DNA from: an uncultured virus (IMG/VR IMGVR_UViG_3300030060_002428)
Lineage: Duplodnaviria; Heunggongvirae; Uroviricota; Caudoviricetes; Crassvirales
DNA: 20,000 bases
Direction: 5' to 3' (one strand)
Virus record (IMG/VR): IMGVR_UViG_3300030060_002428
Numbering within the stretch: position 1 is the first letter of the stretch; each line of letters begins with the position of its first letter. Under the pieces are notes generated by a model, which saw only the letters and a program-made list of their open reading frames with translations, had not been told where the DNA came from and made no database searches. This document shows positions 9,453 to 17,750 of the stretch, one piece after another. The position numbers and the translations under genes were made by a program.

Positions 9453-12400
9453 TAGTTACAACCTTGATCTAATTGATTTTTTGCTATTGTATTAGCTGCA
9501 CCTCCTTGTCCCATTAGCCTGCGCAGCTCTTCGAGATTTGCCTCTTGCTCAGTGCTATTGGTATCGCTTTCTCCTAATGCATCAAAATCTACCTGATTCA
9601 TTACTGCTGTTCCAATTGGAGATGTAGCAACAATTACTTTACCAGTCTTTTTATTTGTAATCGTACCCTTATCAATATCCACAACATAAGTGTTGTTGTT
9701 ATATTGTATTTCTTGAGTAGGAGAAGTAGTTATTTCTCCTGTAATGATACTGTCAGAGCTCTTGGAAATTTTTGGAGACTCTGTATTTTCTACTATTTCT
9801 TGTATGGTACTACCTTTTAAGTTGCCTTTTGCAAACTTAACTCCTATATTATTAAATACACTACCTCGTACGTTTGTTACGTCTGTAGTTAATATTGCAC
9901 TATGTCCAAACCTACCAGCTATATCACCAGTCTCTGGACTAGCATTGTTGTCAGTACCAAACAGGTAGTCTTGATAGTTGTCGTAAGATATACCTGTTAC
10001 CTTAGATACATACGGCGCATTAGCATTTGACGCTGCAATATCTACATTGTACTTTTTCTTTTCTAAGAACTTTCTTAAGTCTGCTGTTATGCCTCCTTTA
10101 TTATCCATCTCTGCATATAAATCTACTATGCCTGTTGATGAGAAATTTACCTGAAACTGTTTAGTAGCAGCTGGAGCCATTTTACGCCAAGTGTCTGCTG
10201 ACTCATCGTACTGTACAAAATCAAACCTTGGTGACCCGCCTCTTTGAATAGCTTTAGTAAGCTCGTTTTCATTTATACGAACCATGGCAGTAGCATTGTT
10301 TGATGGAGACCCGTACACTATATAATTTGTACCATCTTCAAATTGATTAAACTCTAGAAAAGTACTGTTCTGCATAGCATTTTTTCTAGAGTCTGCTGTT
10401 TTACTATTTGCTACTATTTCTGCAGCGTCCGCAAGGTTTCCTTCTGCAAGCTTATTGAATACTACATTTTGTGCCTGCCCGCTAAGCTTAGCAGTGCTTG
10501 CAATAGCAAGTTTAGACTTACCATCAGGACTGTTTTCAGGTCTAATAACTACAGCTATTTGACCAGAAGTAAGGTTTTCAAAGTTTTGATGGTTTCCTAA
10601 GTCTGCATCAATAGCTTCATTACCTGTTACCCAAGCGCTTACTCCTCTATCTGCGCTTACTGCAGCTAGGGTAATACTTCCTTCATCATTCTTTTGGAAT
10701 ACGTCAGTAGGTTTAGAGAAGTAAGGATCGTATCTATATTGTTGCTCTCCAACTGCATCTACTTCTGTAGGCGTCTGCACTCTTGTATGATTAAGATTTC
10801 TTGGAGAAGCTGCTTTCTGACTAATAACGCTAGTAACTCTTTCTCCTGACAGCAGTTTTTTTACAAGAGCCCTTCTGTCTGCAGCAGATGCGCCGTCAGA
10901 CTTTTCTAGCTTACCTACAATTTCTCCATTAATTTTTACATAGATAGGCACTACATCAAACGCTCCTGATACAGATCCGTCTGCAAGAATACGTGGTGAC
11001 ATACGACCGCCTTCTTTAAAGAAGTCATTCTCGATTAATTCAAACTCTACTTCTGTGCCTACAGGTGATGCAGCTAGTAGCCCTCGATTAGGAATAAGAA
11101 CCGTTGCATTTCCATTTAAAACATCCTCATTAGTTTCTACTGCGCCATTAGAAGAAGCTATTCTTACATACTTATAGCCAGTTTCTTTTCTGCTTATTAC
11201 ATTGTCGTCGTTAGCCATGCCTACTCCTATGTTACCTCCTGTAGGAGTTTCGTTAGGAGGCACTGCAGTCTGTGCTGCTTCTTGTAATGCATCTCCAAAT
11301 GTAGGAGCAGCTGGATCAACGTCTTCCCAGCTAGCATCGTCCATATCATCAAACAAACCAAGTTGTTCTCCAGCTTGTCCTGTATCATTGTCTGGAACAG
11401 GCGCATTGTTTAGGTCCTGCTCAATCTTAAGGGTTTCGTTATCTGTAGGAGCAGTTACGCTTTCTTCTACTGGTCCTTCTACATCAGCCCTCGCGCCTTC
11501 AATTTCTCCTCTAGTATCAGCCTTCTCTCTTGCATTGTCTTCCCTTTCAGCGCTTGCTGCGTCTGAGAGCTCAGCCTCTTCTCTAGGTCCTGCAGTTTCA
11601 TTACTTCTTTCATTTTCTAAACGTTTTAATTGTTGTTGCTCTACAGTTATTGCAGCTTGCAGTTCTTTAATTCTTTTTTGAGCTTCTTGGATTGCAGCTC
11701 TTTCAGTGTCCATAGTTTTTACAGCCTGCCTCTTACCAGCAATCCACTCATCTGTAGCCTTCTCTGTCGTGCTTGCAGCATTTAACGACTCGACTCTAGC
11801 TTTTGCATCAAGGCCTTTTTCCTTAGATACTTCTATTTGGCTCTGAAGTTCAGTAATTTGATTTTCATGATCTTCAATTACCTGCATTGCTTTATTTTCT
11901 GCACGAAGTATTTCGTTAGATGTAGGAGTTACAGATTCTTTACGGTACTTTAGTACCTTTTTCATCTCACGGATTCGTGCAGTCAACGAGCGCATTTCTT
12001 TGTTTAATGCTTTTAATTCAGGATCATTCTTTAGATCTTCTTTAGTTGCACCTGCTTCCTGAATATACGACGTACGCAGATTATCAGAAGCTTGCAGAGC
12101 TGCATCAAACAGCCGCTCTAATTCATATATCTCTTGCCTTAGAGATGATGTAGTTTTGCTACCATGCTTACCAGTAGTAGCTTTTCTTCTAATAATTTCT
12201 TCTGCAGCTTTCTTTTCTAACAAAGCTTGCTCACGGTTTATAGTAGGCTGGCCTTCTACTTTTGCCATTTCAGCCAGGATAATATGATAAGCTAGTGTTT
12301 CTACTCTATCCTGAGGCCCCCATATAACATGTCTGTTGCCCTGCTCATCAAATAAGCTGACAGTTTTTATACTACCGTCTCTTGTACGTTCTATTGCATC

Positions 12401-15244
12401 TAGTGGATTTGTTCTGCGGTTAAAGAATCGTTTACCATCAATAATAAATTCTCTACCATCTGCACTAGCTGCTGTTACATCCCCAAGGTTTTCTTCTTTA
12501 AATGCATCTTCTACAGCTTCCGCTACTCCTGCGTTTACCGCGTCAGCAACTTTCTCTTCTGTAGTCTGACCCTCTTTCTGCTTGTTTAAGGCTGCTTCTG
12601 TTTCTGTTATAGCTCTAGTTAACCCTGCACGTTGTGTAGGACTAAGACTTTCTGGATCTATGTTTTTTAAATCCTTTAGTCTATCTTCAAGAGACATATT
12701 AATTCTCTCTTGTATAAAGTTATCTGCAGCTGCCTTTTCCGCTGCGTTTAGTGCGTCTAGCTTGTCCTCAAGCTGTTGCTTTTGTGCAGGCGTCAAGTCG
12801 TTTACATCAGGAGAATTATTAACAAGATCTGCTGCAGTAGCAGAGTTGCTAATAGCTTCGTCTAATCTATTTTGAACTTGTTGTTCTTTAGCAATACGCT
12901 CATTATTTGCTACCTCTTCTTGGAAAGCCTGACGATAGAAAGGATCAGACACTAGTTTATTATAAGCATTTAGTGCACGGTCTGTATCTGTCATAAGACC
13001 TATATAGTCATTTGCTTTTCTACCAAACTGGTCTGCAGCTATTGCACTACCATTAGGGCCTAGCATTTGGTCCTGTATATTTTTTAGTGCTGTAGCTATT
13101 GCAGTATTTCTTTTTTGAAGATAGTTTTCTGCAGAAGGAGTCTCCTCGGTAAGAGTAACATCTTCTTCAGCAAAGGCTTCAGATATTGCTTTTTTAACAT
13201 CTATGCCAGAGTTCTTAAGTGCAGGGTCATTGTCAATAACTTGCTGCATGTCTTTTTCCAAAGACTCCATACGTGCATTTCTATCTGTAATAGTTGCACC
13301 GTTATAGATTAGCTCATTTCTTAATGCTTGTTGTTGCTTATAAACAGCATCTTCTGCAGCTCTTTCTGCCTCAGTCATCCTCATTCTAGGTAGACCTTTA
13401 GTCTTGTCAGGCAGAGGAAACATTTCATTAACGTTTTCGTACGTAGTTTTTAACTGCTCTAATTTACCTTTAAGATTGTCTACTATTTGAGCTTGACTTT
13501 GTCCGCCCGCCTGATCTGCAAGAGTTAGCGTATTACCGTTTGAATCTACGCCTGTGTACCCATACATCTTTTTAAACTCTCCCTCAGACATGCTCTTAGA
13601 GTCTTCTAGCTTTTCCATAAGCACATCGAATCCTCCCTGATCAAGAATGTTGAGCCCATTATTAAAGATCATCTTCATCTGGACATCTTTAAATCCTTTA
13701 TGATCTCCGTTATCTAGAGCAGTTTGCATTTGCTGCATGTAACTTGCATTAGCATTTTCTGCCTGTGCAGCTGCCATAATGTTATCAAAGTACCCTGCAT
13801 CAATAGCAGCTTTTAAATTTGCTGCGGCAGCCTTTCTATTTTTGTACTCGCCTCTAACTGCAGCTCCTCCACCTCCCATTAGGCCACCAGTAAGAAAACC
13901 TACCAGCATAGACTCTCTACCTTCTTGTGTGCCAAAAGTTTCTGAGAGTCCTTTCATCATTGCGCTCCATCTGTCACCTACTCCTCCGTCATGATATTTA
14001 TCAGTATGAAGAGTGCTTGAGTATATGTTAGACGCAAACTGCAAACCCTCTTGTGTTGCCTCTTCGAGGCCTCCTACAACAACTGGCTTTAGTCTGCTGA
14101 GAGCGCTACGCATTACACCTCGTTCAGCCAGGGTATCAATTACCTCTCTTTTGGCTGCGCCAAATACAACGTCTTTATTAGCTTTAGTAGCGCCTTTAAA
14201 TCCTAACGCCATCTTACCAAACATTAAGGCGTTTGTACCACTAGTAACAACTATGTTCAGTCCAAAGTTTGCATTACCTGCAGAGATTGCAGCTTTGTCT
14301 ATTTTAACTTTTTCTGCATCTGGTATTTGCCACTCATAATCTAAACCATTGTCTTCTAAATATTGTTGTACAAGATCGTCATTTACACTTCTTTTAGTTT
14401 CTCTTGCCTCTACAGAAGATTCTGCAAGAGACATCATAACAGCTGCGTCAAGCATTTGCCCTGCTCTTAAAGCAGACTTGCTAATTCCCGCTCCTTTTGC
14501 TAAAGTAGATGCAAGTTTAGTTCCTTGTGTAATAGCCTTAGATAGTCTATACATACCTAATAGCTTGCTACCTGCACCTACTGCTTGAACTCCTTTAGCC
14601 GCCATTCCTACATACCCTGTTCCTCCAGTTAAAAACATAGTTGCAACAGCTCCAAGACTATATCCTAGTCCATTTGCAACAGTGTCTGCATAAAAGTTGG
14701 CTGTTCCCATTTTTTGCAGAGTTGTCATATTCATCTCTGCTTCAGTGTAGTAGTTAGGATAGTGCTCACGCATCCACTCATTTGCGCTATCTACAGTTTG
14801 GCCAACTGCATTGTCGTAATATTGACCACCTGTTGCAAGCTCCCCAAGCCCAAATAACAATCCTACTGTATTTTCTGCTATAGCTCCTAGAGTAGTAACT
14901 CCCGCCTTAGATAATCCTCTACCCCATTTTTCTGCTGTAGATTGGTTACGAGCTCTCTGTTCATCCCAGTTTAAATCTTGTCCTAATGCAACGTTATAAG
15001 CTTGATACTTAGATAAGTCATCTCCAGTTCTTCTAGTCCAAGTATGTCCCTGCATTTGTGCCGCTAACTCTCCTGGCTTACCTCCAAATGTAAGTCCCTT
15101 TACTTGCGCAGCTCCTGTAAGAGTTTGCCCAGTCATAGGATTTACTAGTAAGTCTTCTCCAGAAGTTGAATCTATTCCAGGAGCTTGTTCTCCTAGAGTC
15201 AATCCAGTCATAGGATTTACAAGGGATGTATTTTCTTCTGCCAT
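9452..15244 (-). CDS. Giant virion cargo/ejection protein, 1930 aa: N-terminal membrane-like helices, central coiled coils, acidic linker, C-terminal globular region
   Basis: Long ORF coupled to the RNAP gene by TAATG. It has Gly/Ala-rich hydrophobic segments (GLGYSLGAVATMFLTGGTGYVG; MLVGFLTGGLMGGGGAAV), an EEATQEGLQF motif, and heptad-like E/K/Q/A stretches around 11600-12200. The function is inferred from composition and synteny. Confidence 0.75.
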   Translation of the reverse strand: MAEENTSLVNPMTGLTLGEQAPGIDSTSGEDLLVNPMTGQTLTGAAQVKGLTFGGKPGELAAQMQGHTWTRRTGDDLSKYQAYNVALGQDLNWDEQRARNQSTAEKWGRGLSKAGVTTLGAIAENTVGLLFGLGELATGGQYYDNAVGQTVDSANEWMREHYPNYYTEAEMNMTTLQKMGTANFYADTVANGLGYSLGAVATMFLTGGTGYVGMAAKGVQAVGAGSKLLGMYRLSKAITQGTKLASTLAKGAGISKSALRAGQMLDAAVMMSLAESSVEARETKRSVNDDLVQQYLEDNGLDYEWQIPDAEKVKIDKAAISAGNANFGLNIVVTSGTNALMFGKMALGFKGATKANKDVVFGAAKREVIDTLAERGVMRSALSRLKPVVVGGLEEATQEGLQFASNIYSSTLHTDKYHDGGVGDRWSAMMKGLSETFGTQEGRESMLVGFLTGGLMGGGGAAVRGEYKNRKAAAANLKAAIDAGYFDNIMAAAQAENANASYMQQMQTALDNGDHKGFKDVQMKMIFNNGLNILDQGGFDVLMEKLEDSKSMSEGEFKKMYGYTGVDSNGNTLTLADQAGGQSQAQIVDNLKGKLEQLKTTYENVNEMFPLPDKTKGLPRMRMTEAERAAEDAVYKQQQALRNELIYNGATITDRNARMESLEKDMQQVIDNDPALKNSGIDVKKAISEAFAEEDVTLTEETPSAENYLQKRNTAIATALKNIQDQMLGPNGSAIAADQFGRKANDYIGLMTDTDRALNAYNKLVSDPFYRQAFQEEVANNERIAKEQQVQNRLDEAISNSATAADLVNNSPDVNDLTPAQKQQLEDKLDALNAAEKAAADNFIQERINMSLEDRLKDLKNIDPESLSPTQRAGLTRAITETEAALNKQKEGQTTEEKVADAVNAGVAEAVEDAFKEENLGDVTAASADGREFIIDGKRFFNRRTNPLDAIERTRDGSIKTVSLFDEQGNRHVIWGPQDRVETLAYHIILAEMAKVEGQPTINREQALLEKKAAEEIIRRKATTGKHGSKTTSSLRQEIYELERLFDAALQASDNLRTSYIQEAGATKEDLKNDPELKALNKEMRSLTARIREMKKVLKYRKESVTPTSNEILRAENKAMQVIEDHENQITELQSQIEVSKEKGLDAKARVESLNAASTTEKATDEWIAGKRQAVKTMDTERAAIQEAQKRIKELQAAITVEQQQLKRLENERSNETAGPREEAELSDAASAEREDNAREKADTRGEIEGARADVEGPVEESVTAPTDNETLKIEQDLNNAPVPDNDTGQAGEQLGLFDDMDDASWEDVDPAAPTFGDALQEAAQTAVPPNETPTGGNIGVGMANDDNVISRKETGYKYVRIASSNGAVETNEDVLNGNATVLIPNRGLLAASPVGTEVEFELIENDFFKEGGRMSPRILADGSVSGAFDVVPIYVKINGEIVGKLEKSDGASAADRRALVKKLLSGERVTSVISQKAASPRNLNHTRVQTPTEVDAVGEQQYRYDPYFSKPTDVFQKNDEGSITLAAVSADRGVSAWVTGNEAIDADLGNHQNFENLTSGQIAVVIRPENSPDGKSKLAIASTAKLSGQAQNVVFNKLAEGNLADAAEIVANSKTADSRKNAMQNSTFLEFNQFEDGTNYIVYGSPSNNATAMVRINENELTKAIQRGGSPRFDFVQYDESADTWRKMAPAATKQFQVNFSSTGIVDLYAEMDNKGGITADLRKFLEKKKYNVDIAASNANAPYVSKVTGISYDNYQDYLFGTDNNASPETGDIAGRFGHSAILTTDVTNVRGSVFNNIGVKFAKGNLKGSTIQEIVENTESPKISKSSDSIITGEITTSPTQEIQYNNNTYVVDIDKGTITNKKTGKVIVATSPIGTAVMNQVDFDALGESDTNSTEQEANLEELRRLMGQGGAANTIAKNQLDQGCN
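15129..15220. repeat. 17-bp exact direct repeat, two copies 75 nt apart, encoding a duplicated LVNPMTGxTL peptide
   Basis: ccagtcataggatttac at 15129-15145 and 15204-15220; the protein reads SLVNPMTGLTL and LLVNPMTGQTL. Confidence 0.9.
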
Positions 15245-15245
15245 A

Positions 15246-17750
15246 TTACTTAGGAAGTCTGGTTCTAAATGTTTGCTTGTCTTCTATATTTTGCTCAATA
15301 ATTTCAGCAACTGCATTAGACCCCATACTTACAGTGCCGTTAGATATAATATTACCGTCTGCATCCAAAATGTTAACAATCCCGCCTGTAGCTTTTCCTT
15401 CTTTTTCAAATACATATTCTAAAGCCCCAGTAACAATACCATTTTCATCTAAGAACTCTAAAATAGCTCCAGGACGTCCATGTACACGGTGCATATCTAA
15501 CTCCTGCTCTACTCTATAAAGTGGGTTAGTGAACAGTACATTTAAGCCAGACTGTTCTAGATTACTCGTAGGAACTAAGATGTCTCTACTAATCAGCTGA
15601 CCATCTTCACCTTTACCTTCTACAGTAAATTGGAGAACTTGCATGCCGCCTATTGTAGTTTTTGGATACTTAATATCTGTTACTTTAGGAGTGTCGACAA
15701 TCTCCATAGCTTCCATTAATGCAGCTCTAGTACCAAAGCCTTCTGTATTAGCAGTTTCTTGTACTTGTCCATCGTAGTAGATCTTAAAGTTTTCAGGTAA
15801 AACCTTTCCAACAAATGTATTTTTCATAGCAGCAGTATTTGCTCTAACCTCTGCATTTGTAGAACCTGGAGCATTGGTGCCTACCATGTCTCCTGCTATT
15901 AATTTTTCAGTTTTCTTTAGTTCTGCATTAAGAAGGTCATCTGACGTCTCACGAACCTTATACATATCAGCTAGTATATCGTCAACGTCTCTCTCACCAA
16001 ACTGCCTATCTGCCAAATCCTTTTGGCCAAATATAGATAGAGGACCCTCATACCAAGCTTCGGTAGTACGTCCAAACCCTTGTGCCGTTTCTGTGCCGTC
16101 AGCTAGCAACTCTAGATCGTCCATAGAGAGTCTATATACGCCATCTTCATCGTACCCACTCTCATTTGCAAGTCGACCTCCAAAATATGCCTTCATTATA
16201 TCCCATTGCAGCTCTTCATTACCTTGTGCGTCTGGCATTACGCTAGTTATAACATCAAAAAGCTCTTGTGCACCTGTAACTCCTCGCATGTCAGTCTGCC
16301 TTTTTTCTTCACTCTCTCCTGTTACTGCAGCAGCATCTGCCATCCTTTCTTCTTGCAAATGTCTCTGAATCCTTATAGACTGAAGTTGAGATTTATATTG
16401 CTCTACTAAAGCTGGATTAGCGTTAGCAGGAATATTTGTGCCATTTAATATATCTTCTGCAGTAAGACCGGTAGCGCCTAGCTGCTCATTAATAGTCTGC
16501 AGTAAACTGTCTTCTTGTAAAAGGCTTGTTTCTAAGTACGCATTAATACTCTTTAGATCTGATCCACCAGGATTGTTAATTTGAGTAACACCGCTGTCGA
16601 CCATAACTTCAGGTAAATATGACTCTAGTTCATGCTTATACCTTGCCACGAACAGTTCATCATAAGTAATGTCTTCATTAGTCCATACATTTTCTCTTAC
16701 ATACTTAGCGTAGGCAGCTCCATACTCTCTTTCTATTTCAGAATTCTTTACAGACTGTAACATAAACGATTTACGAAGAGCCATCATTTCTTCAGGAGTT
16801 TCTACTCCTGTGCCTTCTAGCATTTCGCTATACCTTTTTATCTGTGCTTCTAAGGCAGAAGCTTCTTCAGTTTTTCCTTCACTAATAGCTTTTTGCAGCA
16901 TGCCCCTAAGTCCGCCAATACTATCTGGGTCATTTATATCTCCATCTAGTGCAGCAAGAAGTTGCTGTTGAATGTCTTCGTCAGTTACATTATACGTTCT
17001 AAGCGAAGCAAACTGGTTAAGAGAAGACTGCACATCAGGCCTACTTAACAGGTCTTGCATAACTACATCTATGTCTTCTTTAGGAACTATTTCCCATTCT
17101 GTGCCTCTTTTTATTGCCCATTGTCCAGGTTGACCTATAATTTTACCATCCTTGCCGTACAGTGTCTGCGCAAGCTGCTTAGTCTCCGTACCGCCTTTAT
17201 GCGCATTGTAGCCCTGCATTGCTTTATCAAACTCTGCACTAATATCTACATCTCCAACTAAGTTTACGCCGTTAAAAAAACTTCCTTCATCAATACTACC
17301 ATCTTCATTTGTCTGTAGACCTTTATAGTCATGCATAGAAGCAGCTAAAGCTAACTGAGCAGTTTGATCATATACTCCACCTTCTCCAATCTTAGAATTC
17401 TTTAGCTCTTTTAAAGCCTCTTGATATGCAGCAAACTTCTTATAGTTCTGCTCTAAAGGAGTGTACCTAGTCTGGAAGTCTCTTGCACTTCTAGCCACAT
17501 CCATACCCATTGTTTCATAGTCACCACGACCAGCTCTTTCCTGCAAAGCTCCTCTAGTGTCTCTTTCTAGCTGCATTTTTAAAGCTTGGTCTCCTTCAAA
17601 GTCAGCAACTGTCATTTGATCTACAGCACCAGCAATAGCATCATCAGCATTAAATGCTTGCTCAAACCTTTGACGCAGTGTCTCGTTAATCTTAACACTG
17701 TTCTGGTCTCTGTAAGTAGTTTGATATGGGGTTAGTTGGTACCTTCTCAT
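15246..17750 (-). CDS. Hypothetical acidic virion protein, 834 aa (probable cargo/ejection protein)
   Basis: Long ORF whose ATG overlaps the upstream stop (TAATG at 17752-17748). It is Cys-free and acidic, with no catalytic motif that I recognise. The role is inferred from its position in the cargo module. Confidence 0.65.
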   Translation of the reverse strand: MRRYQLTPYQTTYRDQNSVKINETLRQRFEQAFNADDAIAGAVDQMTVADFEGDQALKMQLERDTRGALQERAGRGDYETMGMDVARSARDFQTRYTPLEQNYKKFAAYQEALKELKNSKIGEGGVYDQTAQLALAASMHDYKGLQTNEDGSIDEGSFFNGVNLVGDVDISAEFDKAMQGYNAHKGGTETKQLAQTLYGKDGKIIGQPGQWAIKRGTEWEIVPKEDIDVVMQDLLSRPDVQSSLNQFASLRTYNVTDEDIQQQLLAALDGDINDPDSIGGLRGMLQKAISEGKTEEASALEAQIKRYSEMLEGTGVETPEEMMALRKSFMLQSVKNSEIEREYGAAYAKYVRENVWTNEDITYDELFVARYKHELESYLPEVMVDSGVTQINNPGGSDLKSINAYLETSLLQEDSLLQTINEQLGATGLTAEDILNGTNIPANANPALVEQYKSQLQSIRIQRHLQEERMADAAAVTGESEEKRQTDMRGVTGAQELFDVITSVMPDAQGNEELQWDIMKAYFGGRLANESGYDEDGVYRLSMDDLELLADGTETAQGFGRTTEAWYEGPLSIFGQKDLADRQFGERDVDDILADMYKVRETSDDLLNAELKKTEKLIAGDMVGTNAPGSTNAEVRANTAAMKNTFVGKVLPENFKIYYDGQVQETANTEGFGTRAALMEAMEIVDTPKVTDIKYPKTTIGGMQVLQFTVEGKGEDGQLISRDILVPTSNLEQSGLNVLFTNPLYRVEQELDMHRVHGRPGAILEFLDENGIVTGALEYVFEKEGKATGGIVNILDADGNIISNGTVSMGSNAVAEIIEQNIEDKQTFRTRLPK

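Noticed and set aside
9444..9460. Split-intein or protein trans-splicing interpretation of ...GCN*/MAC...
   Set aside because: I see no Hint-domain blocks (no TxxH block B, no terminal His-Asn followed by a C-extein nucleophile), and the other junction ends in CKA.
9630..9665. ITNKKTGKVI near the 1930-aa C-terminus resembles IRDKKTGAVV at the RNAP N-terminus
   Set aside because: This is a common beta-hairpin turn pattern and too short to support homology.
23..17261. All plus-strand ORFs in the track, including the 280-aa ORF at 4714-5556
   Set aside because: They lie entirely antisense to long motif-bearing genes and have Ser/Leu/Phe/Cys-rich shadow composition, and many start at TTG/GTG. 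There is no independent evidence of coding.
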